Shown here one piece after another: positions 39,497 through 49,402 of a stretch of DNA of 64,000 nucleotides. Source of the DNA: Pseudomonadota bacterium (lineage in GTDB: Bacteria > Bdellovibrionota_C > UBA2361 > SZUA-149 > DAOLCO01). Where the stretch lies: the NCBI GenBank assembly GCA_027487795.1, contig JAIYCX010000031.1, forward strand, positions 215,291-279,290, given 5' to 3'. Both the position numbers and the translations under genes were made by a program. The notes beneath the pieces were generated by a model. The model saw nothing but the letters and a program-made list of their open reading frames with translations. It did no database searches and was not told the DNA's origin. Numbering within the stretch: the first letter of the stretch is position 1; each line of letters starts with the position of its first letter.

Positions 39497-41120
39497 ACTC
39501 TCCTTCTTTTTGTTTGATATTTTCAACAATTGTCTCAAGTTCAATATTTTTTAGAGATACTTGTATCCTATCTCCACTATTTATATCTTCTCCAGAAGTA
39601 AGGATTTTTCCCTTATGTCTTATGATTGCAAAACCACGAGACAATTGCACCTCTGGTGAAATCGCCTTAAAAAAATGTTGAAATCTTTCTATTCCTTGTT
39701 CTGTATTTTTTAAAATTATCTCTGTAATTTTAAAGTTAGAAACAACATTGATTAGTTTTTCATTAGAATTATTAAGTAAATATTCTGAACTCGTAAATAA
39801 TCTTTTTAAATAGTTATCAGCGTCTTGTTCTTTATTTTTAACAACAAGCTGTCCTAGATTTGATAGCATAGAAACAGATTTCAATTTATTAGATATTTTT
39901 TCAACAGAATATCTTGAAATATTTCTTAATAAGGAAACAATATTAACAGTTTTTGATTCTATTTCTGAAATATAGTTTGTTGAAATTATTAATATTTTAT
40001 CAGCTAAAGATAATACCGCATCTCTGTAATCAACGATGATACGAGATAAATAATGTCCAATATCCTTTGGCACACCAAAACTTTTATTACTAACATCCTG
40101 TGCTGACGATTGGTCCTCTTCATGACCAACTGCTGAAAATATTGGTTTTTTACTCAGGCATATTGCTTTAGCTACTTCGTACGCATTAAAAACTGATAGA
40201 TCAGAAGAACTTCCACCACCTCGAAATAACAAGATAATATCAATCTCAGGATCTTCATTAAAAAACTGAATCGCTTTTATTACATCAGATCTTGCATCAC
40301 TTCCCTGAACTCTAATCGGGTACCAAGAAACATTAAATCCAAAATTTGCAGTACTTAAAGAGGATAGAAAATCATTTATAACAGTTCCTGTTTTACTAGT
40401 AAGGACTGCTAAATTTTTTGGTATACTTGTCACTGTCAATTGTTTATTTAAATTAAATAAACCTTCTGACTTTAACCTATTATTTGTCTTATCTCTTTCT
40501 GCTGCAATTTTACCCTTAGTATATTCAGGGTAAAATCTTTTTACTTGCAATGAACAATTTGCATTCTTTGAATTGACTGCAATTGTAGCTGATAACAATA
40601 CAGGTAAATCATCTTCTAACTTAAAACCCTGCTCCTCTAGAGCTAGTATAGAATTTAACTGATTCTCCCAGATAACACAGCGAATTGCTACATCACTTTT
40701 TTCAGGATCATGAAGATCGAAATAAATTCTAGTACCTCTATAACTTTTAACATTCTTTATTATTCCAAATACTTTTTGCTCAATAGAAAAATACTTTCTT
40801 AAAACTGCATCTATTGAAAAAATTAAACTAGATACAGAAAGAGAATCACTTGGTTCGTTCGAAATATTAGGAACTAGTGACTCTACGACATCCTCAGCAC
40901 TCTCATCATCATTAAACCCTACATAAGTAGCTAAAGGAAAACGTTTTTTTAAAGAGCTTACAGAATTACCACTACTTGATATCGCCCAAGTTTTAGTATC
41001 GAACTGCCATTTAGCACCATGACAAGATTTTATTTCTTCTCTATAAGAATAAGTATCTCCAGAAAATGCTATACGAGCATTTTTCTCCTCTAAGGTAATA
41101 ATAAGATTACGGGCACTCAA
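39483..41120 (-). CDS. xseA: Exodeoxyribonuclease VII large subunit with extra N-terminal domain
   Basis: LSVS OB-fold start, EGLF, TSKTG...DF, VQG, RGGGS..DL..FN, SAVGHE.D, QLSRGFA. Confidence 0.9.
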   Translation of the reverse strand: MSARNLIITLEEKNARIAFSGDTYSYREEIKSCHGAKWQFDTKTWAISSSGNSVSSLKKRFPLATYVGFNDDESAEDVVESLVPNISNEPSDSLSVSSLIFSIDAVLRKYFSIEQKVFGIIKNVKSYRGTRIYFDLHDPEKSDVAIRCVIWENQLNSILALEEQGFKLEDDLPVLLSATIAVNSKNANCSLQVKRFYPEYTKGKIAAERDKTNNRLKSEGLFNLNKQLTVTSIPKNLAVLTSKTGTVINDFLSSLSTANFGFNVSWYPIRVQGSDARSDVIKAIQFFNEDPEIDIILLFRGGGSSSDLSVFNAYEVAKAICLSKKPIFSAVGHEEDQSSAQDVSNKSFGVPKDIGHYLSRIIVDYRDAVLSLADKILIISTNYISEIESKTVNIVSLLRNISRYSVEKISNKLKSVSMLSNLGQLVVKNKEQDADNYLKRLFTSSEYLLNNSNEKLINVVSNFKITEIILKNTEQGIERFQHFFKAISPEVQLSRGFAIIRHKGKILTSGEDINSGDRIQVSLKNIELETIVENIKQKEGEYDES

Positions 41121-41222
41121 ATTTAAATCGTAGCTAGAATGAAATTATTTATGAAATTCTAATAGCACATTAGACTTATGCTATCTACAGAACTAAATGC
41201 TTTAGCATTTTTATTAAAATGA

Positions 41223-41876
41223 TCAAACCTTCACTCTGCGACCTCGACCGCCGCTATAAGCCATCCTTACAGAATCAGCATTCTTTTTACTAGAAATATC
41301 AGGTGCAAAATATGTATTCAATAAAAGTCTTAATTTTTTTAGAGCTTTTGTTTTAACTCTTGATAAATGACATCTACAATAATTAAGTTCTTTAGATAAA
41401 TCGAGAAGAGACTCTTCATTAATACAATGTCTCTTTACTACTATAAGTTCTAACCAATCTAAATTATTTAAAGCATTTTCAAAGTTACCCTCTTCTTCTC
41501 TATCTAATAAAATTTTTTCTGGAGACTGATTTTCTATTTGAAGACTAACTTCTTGTACCTCTTCTTCTAAAGCATCTTGCTCTGCTAAAGTGGCTGTATC
41601 TATGCTTTCTAGAACTCGCTTATGCTTTACGATATCAGAAATCTCTTTTAACAGCCTTCCCTTTAAATGGTAATAAAGTAATGTTTGAAATTGAACGCCG
41701 TATTTAGGATTAAATGTCTTATTAGTCTCACATATTGATAAACCAACGACGCTAAGGATATCTTCATCAGAAAGTTTAGCGCCCCAAGAATTTAATAATT
41801 TCCAGGATAAGCGGACACCTAAGTCGACTCTATCAGATGTATTATCTTGCTTGCTACTAGAACAACGATCACTCAT
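41223..41876 (-). CDS. Divergent sigma-70 family sigma factor (FliA/WhiG-like regions 2 and 4)
   Basis: Region 2-like EDI...GL...FNPKYGVQFQT...LKG; region 4 AL..L...E...SL..LS.EL...LSRVKTKALKKLR. Confidence 0.82.
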   Translation of the reverse strand: MSDRCSSSKQDNTSDRVDLGVRLSWKLLNSWGAKLSDEDILSVVGLSICETNKTFNPKYGVQFQTLLYYHLKGRLLKEISDIVKHKRVLESIDTATLAEQDALEEEVQEVSLQIENQSPEKILLDREEEGNFENALNNLDWLELIVVKRHCINEESLLDLSKELNYCRCHLSRVKTKALKKLRLLLNTYFAPDISSKKNADSVRMAYSGGRGRRVKV

Positions 41877-41929
41877 AACTGCTTTGGGGTATTATAAATA
41901 CTACAAGAGTTATGACTATTTTGGTAAAA

Positions 41930-43411
41930 TTAGTATCTAAAAAAACTCTCTGCCTTACTTAATCTATTCTCTTTTTCTTCATTAAGTCGCGTCAAGAGTA
42001 GTCGTATTCGAGTGTATTTAGTCTGTAATGTTAAAAATTCTTGATTATCACCCTTTGATGTATCCGGATGTATAGTTTTAACTTTTTTTCTATAATTTCT
42101 AGCTAGTTCAGCAAAATTACTGTTAGGTCTGAGCATAAAATAAGATCTTAATTCTCTTAATTCAGACCTTTCTTCAGAAGTTAAACAACTCTCTTCCTCT
42201 ATCCTACTACTTGATTTAACTGATTTTAATTTATTGTAATATCGATAAGCTAAATATCCAAATACAGTTAAAACAGATAGAAAAATAAAAATATATTTTA
42301 AAATATTAAAATTATTTTGCTTATTTTGATTAGCTATGAACTCTGCTCGACATTGATTCTCATTTTTTATAAAAATACATAACTGCATTTTTTGTTCTTC
42401 TGTTAAATTTTGTGGTTTAAATAAACTAGGAAGAACTGTTTTACGAAACAAACTAAATGTTTCAGTAGTCATATAATATTCAGGGATTTGATTTAAAAAG
42501 CCTAAAGATTTTTGAAAACTGAGCTTATCAACTAACGAAGATCCGTATTCTAAGTATAAAGCAGTAAAATTTTCCAAGATACTCACTGGATAAGTTTCTA
42601 AAAACTTACATCTATTATTATATTCTGAATTAATAAAATCAGTAGCACAAAAAATAAGCTTTTCTAATAAAACAGCACTTTCATTACTGGTCTTTAAAGA
42701 ATTTTCATCCAAATAAGTCTTTAATGTTTTTAATCCGGTAACTAAATTAGAGTTTTTGTTATTAAAATTTGAAAATAAAATTTTCTCAAACTGCTCATTA
42801 CTTCCGTAAGTTAAAACTAGCTTTTGAAAAAAGATTACACTTTCAGAATTATAAGTGGGAAGTTTTTCGTAGAAGGTAATTAAAGAGCTGCCAAGACGTG
42901 AAACAAATTCTTCATTACCTAGATTCTTAAATATTTTATCAAATACTGCTATGTTACTTGATATAGAATGATCTATCTGAGTTAATAAATCATTATCTTT
43001 AGCAACTTTATCAATCTCTAATAATACATATAAAAACCTAGCTAAAGTTACCTGATTTAATTCACTGGAATCACCAGCAGAAACTACTTCTAAAAAAGAT
43101 AAATAGTATTTTAAAAATGAGTTATATGCTGACTTTGTTAAAAAACTAAATCCATCTCCCGACAGCCTTCCCTGGTCCACAACTTGAACTATGAGATGCT
43201 GGATTAAAACATCACATTCCGTGAATACCCTAGAAGTGTAGCTTCCTTTTTCCGGCACTATACAGAGCTTATTATTATTTCTAAATTCTACATCAGGATA
43301 TAATGTTTTGATAAATGTATTTTTTAAATCATGGTGAGTTATCTCATTATCTGCTAACGAGAAAAGTGGAAACAATAGAACTAATAAAAATGAAAATTTT
43401 ACCATCTTCAT
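41930..43411 (-). CDS. Exported single-pass membrane protein with C-terminal J-domain
   Basis: Signal peptide (...FSLA/DN), TM YIFIFLSVLTVFGYLAY, YRKKVKTIHPD; ATGA overlap with the kinase stop. Confidence 0.8.
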   Translation of the reverse strand: MKMVKFSFLLVLLFPLFSLADNEITHHDLKNTFIKTLYPDVEFRNNNKLCIVPEKGSYTSRVFTECDVLIQHLIVQVVDQGRLSGDGFSFLTKSAYNSFLKYYLSFLEVVSAGDSSELNQVTLARFLYVLLEIDKVAKDNDLLTQIDHSISSNIAVFDKIFKNLGNEEFVSRLGSSLITFYEKLPTYNSESVIFFQKLVLTYGSNEQFEKILFSNFNNKNSNLVTGLKTLKTYLDENSLKTSNESAVLLEKLIFCATDFINSEYNNRCKFLETYPVSILENFTALYLEYGSSLVDKLSFQKSLGFLNQIPEYYMTTETFSLFRKTVLPSLFKPQNLTEEQKMQLCIFIKNENQCRAEFIANQNKQNNFNILKYIFIFLSVLTVFGYLAYRYYNKLKSVKSSSRIEEESCLTSEERSELRELRSYFMLRPNSNFAELARNYRKKVKTIHPDTSKGDNQEFLTLQTKYTRIRLLLTRLNEEKENRLSKAESFFRY

Positions 43412-45270
43412 GCTGCCTTTTCTATTACTTGATGTAATCTATTTCCTAAAATCTCACTAATAGAATCTAACAACTCTGACTTACTAGCTGGTTTTTCTAA
43501 GATTTTTTTAACTTGTGGAGCACTACCATATTCTGCCTTAACAATCTTTTCAGGTCTACCACTAAGAATAATAACTGAAGCATCTGCTGGAAGAAATTCT
43601 AAAAAGTCCATTAACTCCTCACCAGGAATATTCACATCTGCTATAATTAACTTTGGTGTTTCAATATCAATTATTTGTCTAGCTTCAAAAAATGATGAGA
43701 CAGATTTAACTGTATACTTACTTGCTTCTAACCATTTAGAATGAGCTTTTCTCATTATTAGATCATCATCAATTAACAAAATTGAATAAGCAGAGTACCG
43801 ATCTTGAAAATTATTATACATAGTCACAGCAGGCAGATTAAACCAAAAAGTAGATCCCTTTGTCTGATTAGGTGTATATCCGACACTACCACCAGCTTCT
43901 TCAACTAACTTTTTTACTACTGTTAACCCATATCTATTCCCCATATTAGGGACTTCTTTGGATGATCTTATTTTACTAGAAAAAACATTTGCTCTAAGTT
44001 CTGAATCCAAACCTATTCCATCATCGATAACACTTATTTTAAAACTAGAATCAATTCCCTCAAGCTTAATTAAAATATTTCCGCGCGGGGAATACTTAAG
44101 TCCATTACTTATTAAATTATCCAATACTCTGAACAAAACTTCTTTTGCAATATTTATTTTACCTTTTGCTAATTCTTGATAACGAAGTTCTACCCCCATA
44201 CTTCTAGAAACTACTCTAAAAGAATCAACTCTATTTTTTATTAAAGTTGATATTTCGTATTCCTGAACAGATATATTTTTAAAGTCTCTACTTACATTAT
44301 CAATATTAAATAAACCTTGTATCATTCCTAGTTGTTCTTCTAGAGCATATTCAATATCCTTTATTAGCATTTGCTGATCTGAGTTCGATGTCAGTCTCAT
44401 AGTTTCATCTAATTCCCTAAGAGCATAAAGAGCTCTAGAGCCTGGTGCTTTTAAATCATGCGATAAAGAAAGCATTTGTTCTCTTTTCTCATCTTCAAAA
44501 TTACTCTTTTTAGTTCGCTCAGTTGATGCGACATATGAAGTTGTTGCATTCTTAACAACTTGCTCTATGGTAGCTCTTCTTTGCTCACTAATTGTGCCAC
44601 CTTGCTCACTAAAACCTAACCAAACAATCCCAAAAGGCTCGTTCTCATTTACGGAATTACCTTCGAAATTTTTGTACATCGGAACGAATAAAGACATACC
44701 GACACCTATTCCACGAAAATCAAATTCGACACCATTCTGTGGTCTTGTATAAATTGTCGTTCTGCCGTCTAAGGGTAATTTTTCAATAGCGATAACGGCT
44801 GGATCTTCTAATCTTGATAAAGATATCCCTGATGAAGCTTTAACTGTCCAAACTTTTTTTTCTAATATGACTACCGCTACAAACTTAGCTTCTGGCGCTG
44901 AGGTTCTATGAACTAAATCACTAAGCATTTTTAATATTTTTTCCTGGGAATCTCCAGATTCAATAAAACCCTCCCCAGTACTTAAAACCTTCAACAAATC
45001 TCCCTTAGTTTCACTTGCCCTCATAGCTCCGTTATAAAAAGCTAACAATCTCCTCCATAACTGTTCAAGTTCACTATTATAAAAAAATAATCCCTTAGGA
45101 GATTTTCCTTCATGGATTAAAGATCTCATACTATAGTGTATTAGTTTAGAATCACTTTCTATTTTCTTCCTAGCTATAAATGAAATGATCGCGGCTAATA
45201 ATGATAGCAATGCTATCATTATATAAAACATTCTTTCATTTAATAAAATATTACTAACAAACTCTATCAT
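43408..45270 (-). CDS. Hybrid sensor histidine kinase (TM, GAF-like, HisKA, HATPase, REC)
   Basis: SHDLKAP, NLISNGLKY, DDGIG, GSTFWFNLP; REC LLIDDD...IADVNIP...EKP. Confidence 0.9.
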   Translation of the reverse strand: MIEFVSNILLNERMFYIMIALLSLLAAIISFIARKKIESDSKLIHYSMRSLIHEGKSPKGLFFYNSELEQLWRRLLAFYNGAMRASETKGDLLKVLSTGEGFIESGDSQEKILKMLSDLVHRTSAPEAKFVAVVILEKKVWTVKASSGISLSRLEDPAVIAIEKLPLDGRTTIYTRPQNGVEFDFRGIGVGMSLFVPMYKNFEGNSVNENEPFGIVWLGFSEQGGTISEQRRATIEQVVKNATTSYVASTERTKKSNFEDEKREQMLSLSHDLKAPGSRALYALRELDETMRLTSNSDQQMLIKDIEYALEEQLGMIQGLFNIDNVSRDFKNISVQEYEISTLIKNRVDSFRVVSRSMGVELRYQELAKGKINIAKEVLFRVLDNLISNGLKYSPRGNILIKLEGIDSSFKISVIDDGIGLDSELRANVFSSKIRSSKEVPNMGNRYGLTVVKKLVEEAGGSVGYTPNQTKGSTFWFNLPAVTMYNNFQDRYSAYSILLIDDDLIMRKAHSKWLEASKYTVKSVSSFFEARQIIDIETPKLIIADVNIPGEELMDFLEFLPADASVIILSGRPEKIVKAEYGSAPQVKKILEKPASKSELLDSISEILGNRLHQVIEKAA

Positions 45271-45280
45271 AGAAATACTC

Positions 45281-46450
45281 TTATACTACTTGAGATTCCG
45301 GATTACTCGAGGTTCCAATTAATCTATAAATCCACGCAAATAAAATTCTTGGGTCAGAAGATTTTGCAACAATTGCATGTGCACCCATATTTAAAATTTC
45401 TAATTGTGCATCTGTTGAATCATCCGAACTAAGAATAATAACTGGTACAGAAACTCCTCTTTCTTTAACATTTCTTAATAAAGAAACTCCTGACTTATCT
45501 GGCATATGAAGATCTGAAATTATAAGACTTAATCCAGAATCTAAAGAAGATATAATAGTCTCTGCTTCACTTACCGACTTAGCAACTGAAACTTTAAATC
45601 CCTTACTGCTAATGCCTCTTCTCAAAAGATCACTAAATCTTTCATCGTCATCAACAAGTAAGATATGAGGTAATTTTATATTACTAACTCCGATTTCATC
45701 TCTAACACTAGAACTATTATTAGAAACTAAGACTGACAAACTAGAATCTTTAGAAATAGGAGATGTAATTTTGATAGTTATCTTATTTTTTAATATTTCA
45801 TTTAAAGAATCTACAAATCTTCGACCTTGAAGATTATCTACCAAAAATTCTTTTAAAGTAATAATTACATGCTTTGATACAGATCCCTTCAAAATTCCTT
45901 CGGAAGTATAACAAAAATACTGCTTACTCTCAGGATCTCCAAATTCTATTCTAAAAGTATCTATCTTAGCAGAGTCTTTTAAAGATAAAATAAATACAGA
46001 AAGAGCATTACTAAGAACCTCAGGGAAATCTTTTAAAAGATTTTTTAAACTTAACAATTCCTCCCAAGACTCGTTTATTAAGCTGTCGAATGAAAGCGAA
46101 GAGACCACCGTAGTATTTGAACTAAATACCTTAGGTATCTTAGATTTATAAGGGTAACAAGTTACCAGATTTAGCTGTTTATTTTGATAATCAAAATACG
46201 GGAAGAAATTATTATTTTTAATCTCTAATAAAGATTCTTCTGATAGTTTTAATACATACAAACTTAAATCTAACTGTTCTAAAAATTTAATATTTAAAGT
46301 ATTGGCAAGACTTCGTCCTAATAAAACTTGATTAACATTCTTCTCTTTTGCTAGTTCATCTAAAGTTAAATTACTATATTTACCTTCAAATTTTGAAAGC
46401 AAATTATAAAAGTATTTCTTTATATTCTCCGTTAGTTTTTCAAACTTCAT
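45281..46450 (-). CDS. Response regulator: PilB/GspE N-terminal-like domain plus C-terminal REC
   Basis: REC LLVDDD...ISDLHMP...SG..LL...VIILSS...AK; N-terminal SLANTLNIKFLEQLD...FFP...LNLVTCYP resembles T2SSE_N. Confidence 0.75.
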   Translation of the reverse strand: MKFEKLTENIKKYFYNLLSKFEGKYSNLTLDELAKEKNVNQVLLGRSLANTLNIKFLEQLDLSLYVLKLSEESLLEIKNNNFFPYFDYQNKQLNLVTCYPYKSKIPKVFSSNTTVVSSLSFDSLINESWEELLSLKNLLKDFPEVLSNALSVFILSLKDSAKIDTFRIEFGDPESKQYFCYTSEGILKGSVSKHVIITLKEFLVDNLQGRRFVDSLNEILKNKITIKITSPISKDSSLSVLVSNNSSSVRDEIGVSNIKLPHILLVDDDERFSDLLRRGISSKGFKVSVAKSVSEAETIISSLDSGLSLIISDLHMPDKSGVSLLRNVKERGVSVPVIILSSDDSTDAQLEILNMGAHAIVAKSSDPRILFAWIYRLIGTSSNPESQVV

Positions 46451-47289
46451 CTTATTTCATCTCCTAGTACCTTATTGCCAACAGAATCAGTTTTCAATGT
46501 TGACATAAAATCAAGAACCGGAACCAAAGGCACTGCTGCGGTTAGAAGCATCAGCCCAATCACCGAAAGAAATACTGGAAAAACTACAAGATTCTCCAAT
46601 CTCTTTACTCTAGTTTCTACAGATATTTTCCATTCATTACCAATTTGTTCACTGAGAGATCGTAGAGAAGCTAATAACTCTCCTCCAACACTTGAACTTA
46701 CTTCAAGATGTAAAAAAACATGTTTTATTGGGTTAAACACTGTTGCTTTTGCAACATGTTCAAAAGCTTTAGATACTGGTATTCCAGAGGCTGCTAATTG
46801 ATACGCTTCTCTAAAAGTTTTTCTAACTACGCTTTTAGAACCAATATCAGTATTACAAGCTTGTTCAAGCGAAGGAAATAAACCTAATCCCGACTCTACT
46901 AATAGAATAATTTCTTCTATAAATAATGGAAGTTCAAAATATACCGCGCGTGTAGTGTCGCTAATTCTTAACTTCAACCACACAGAATAACAAAGCGCAA
47001 AAAAGTAAATCGCTCCAAATGCAATTATTATTGCAGTGCTAAACTCATATAATAAAGTACCGATAAAAAAAGAACTTATGCCAATAATTAAATATGCTAA
47101 TCTTTTAAACTTAAGTAATCGTGTCTGCGATAATAAATCTATAAATCCTGCTTTACAAAGTTCTGGCTCTAATTTTTTATCTAAAACTTCTAGGGCCTTA
47201 TAAAGCTTCTCTCCTTGCTCATCTACCTCAAGAGATGCTGATCCTAAATCTTTAAGTCGCGATTTCAGTTGATTTCTTTTAGTAAACAT
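46447..47289 (-). CDS. tadC: Tad pilus inner-membrane platform protein TadC
   Basis: ELPLFIE...LVESGLG, T2SSF-type pattern, C-terminal VFP TM; follows tadB. Confidence 0.85.
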   Translation of the reverse strand: MFTKRNQLKSRLKDLGSASLEVDEQGEKLYKALEVLDKKLEPELCKAGFIDLLSQTRLLKFKRLAYLIIGISSFFIGTLLYEFSTAIIIAFGAIYFFALCYSVWLKLRISDTTRAVYFELPLFIEEIILLVESGLGLFPSLEQACNTDIGSKSVVRKTFREAYQLAASGIPVSKAFEHVAKATVFNPIKHVFLHLEVSSSVGGELLASLRSLSEQIGNEWKISVETRVKRLENLVVFPVFLSVIGLMLLTAAVPLVPVLDFMSTLKTDSVGNKVLGDEIR

Positions 47290-47294
47290 AAAAC

Positions 47295-48029
47295 CTACGG
47301 TTTAAAATCACTCATTCTTCTAAGAATGAAATATGAAATAAAAATAATCAAAGTCCCACTCAAACCAATATAAAAAGCAGTAGAATTATTAAAAAGTACC
47401 TTCCAATAATCTTTACTTCTTACAGACATAACCATAATAAGAAGTGGAGCTATAGCCAAAAGAATATTCGCGGTCATTCTCATGCTAGCAGTACTAACTC
47501 TTGCAGACTTAATTAAGTTTTCTCTTTCCCTACAAACCTGAGATAATCTCTCTAAGGTTCTAGAAAACTTCCCACCATTCGTTATAACTAATAGGAACGC
47601 CCTTCTAAAAAGTCTTAATTCTGGTATTTCAATATCTTCAGCGAATTTTTTTACTGCAATATCTTTTGCTACGCCTTTATTGATTTTAAGTAAAAAACTT
47701 TTTACTTCTTTTTTTGCGACACTATCATCTGGCAACAAAACTATAGATCTTTCTAATGCAGAATACACTGTAAGACCGGCTTTAATATTAGAAGAAGTAG
47801 CTAAAAGTACAGAAGGAAACTCTTCAGCAAATTTATTAGCAACTTTTCTTCTTTTCGAACTTGATAAAAAATAAATTATTTTATCAAATGTATTTAAAAC
47901 AATCTCTTTTAAAGTTAATTCATCAGTACCTACAATCTCTTTTTCTTGTTGATGAATATAGTCTAAAGTGTATTTACTCTGAAGAGTATGTAATCTAGAT
48001 AGTAATTTTTTATTCTTTTTTTCGTACAT
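47295..48029 (-). CDS. tadB: Tad pilus inner-membrane platform protein TadB
   Basis: FAEEFP...IKAGL...AL, GG.....L, TASMRMTANIL...P. Confidence 0.87.
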   Translation of the reverse strand: MYEKKNKKLLSRLHTLQSKYTLDYIHQQEKEIVGTDELTLKEIVLNTFDKIIYFLSSSKRRKVANKFAEEFPSVLLATSSNIKAGLTVYSALERSIVLLPDDSVAKKEVKSFLLKINKGVAKDIAVKKFAEDIEIPELRLFRRAFLLVITNGGKFSRTLERLSQVCRERENLIKSARVSTASMRMTANILLAIAPLLIMVMSVRSKDYWKVLFNNSTAFYIGLSGTLIIFISYFILRRMSDFKP

Positions 48030-48031
48030 AA

Positions 48032-49402
48032 TTAAGAAATCCTAGATCCTCCTAGTGATTGCTTTATACCGATTCTTCTTAGCTCTTCATGATAGTTAGA
48101 AACCCCAGAGCCTCTAATCCAACACGGCTCTTCAGATGAGTTATCAAATTCATACATCGGACTCATCTGCACAGCACCATCAAATGCTGCATCAACTTCA
48201 TTCACTGACAATATTCGTCTAGTTCCTGATAATCTATCAATCCCAACAAAGATAACTACTGAGATTGCATTTGCTATCTGTCTTCTAATCGTATCAGTAC
48301 CAATATCACCTTGCGATCTTGCTAAAAATAGTTCTAATCTCGATAAAGCATCTCTTCCTGACTTTGCGTGTATTGTTGACATTCCTGGGTGTCCAGAAGC
48401 ACAAACATCGACAAAAGCCTCTGCTGCTTCCCCATCTCTTATTTCACCTAGAACTATTCTGTTCATCGCCATTCTCATTCCGGCACGTATTGCTTGTGCT
48501 GGGGAAACTCTACCGTTACCTTCTAGATTTGATTCTCTTGTTAGTAATGTTCTAACAAATCTTCTTTTTAAATTAATTTCATTTGTATCTTCTATTACAA
48601 GTAAAGCTTCGTTATCTTCGATAACACTAGCAAGCGCTCTGACCAATGTTGTTTTTCCAGTACCAACTTCTCCTGCAATAAGAAGAGAACCAGCGCCTAA
48701 CATTACAATACCACTTAAATAATTTAGTACTTCAAATGGAGCATAACCAATGCTCTCAAGCCCCTCTAAGGAAATCGATTGAAATCTTGAAATACGAAGT
48801 GTTAACATCGGTCCAGAGTTAGCTGGTGAAATAGATTCGTGAGTTACACAAGCTCTTATCTGAGGATCAATTGCAGCATCAACTATCGGATTTGCAACAG
48901 TGCAAGCTTTACCTGCTCTTTTTAAAATTGACTCTACGAATGCTTTATATGTTTCAAAGTCTGAAAACTTTACGTCAGTTTGAACGTTTCTTCTACCTAC
49001 TTGAATACTAATATCATCATATGATCTTATAATAATATCATTGACTTCAGGATTTTGAATTAATGAAGTTAAAATATCATAATGATCTAAAGAGGAAGAA
49101 AGTACAGCTAGTGCTGCATGCCTTTCTCTAGTTGATAATTCTTCGCCTTCTTTTCTTTCAATACTTTTTAATAGATCTTCTAATTGTTCCTCAGAAGGAT
49201 TTTGATTTTTTTTCTCAGTAGTAGAAAGACTACTAATTACTTTTTTAGCTTCTTTAACTACATGCTTTGCAGATGCAGTTAAAAGATTATTAGAGGTGAC
49301 TCTTGAATCTATATCTGAGAGATTATCGATATCTCTATTTTTCAAATAGAGTCCTCGAATCTCGTCAATACTAACAAATTTTTTGGATTTATTATTTTGC
49401 AT
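48032..49402 (-). CDS. cpaF: Tad pilus assembly ATPase CpaF/TadA
   Basis: LIQNPEVNDI, GEVGTGKTT, IEDTNEI, RIVLGEIR, GHPGMSTIHA. Confidence 0.93.
   Translation of the reverse strand: MQNNKSKKFVSIDEIRGLYLKNRDIDNLSDIDSRVTSNNLLTASAKHVVKEAKKVISSLSTTEKKNQNPSEEQLEDLLKSIERKEGEELSTRERHAALAVLSSSLDHYDILTSLIQNPEVNDIIIRSYDDISIQVGRRNVQTDVKFSDFETYKAFVESILKRAGKACTVANPIVDAAIDPQIRACVTHESISPANSGPMLTLRISRFQSISLEGLESIGYAPFEVLNYLSGIVMLGAGSLLIAGEVGTGKTTLVRALASVIEDNEALLVIEDTNEINLKRRFVRTLLTRESNLEGNGRVSPAQAIRAGMRMAMNRIVLGEIRDGEAAEAFVDVCASGHPGMSTIHAKSGRDALSRLELFLARSQGDIGTDTIRRQIANAISVVIFVGIDRLSGTRRILSVNEVDAAFDGAVQMSPMYEFDNSSEEPCWIRGSGVSNYHEELRRIGIKQSLGGSRIS

Noticed and set aside
39497-39544. Longer xseB start from the ORF track
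   Set aside because: It lies deeper inside xseA; ATG 39496 has a clear AAGGAG SD and gives a typical length.
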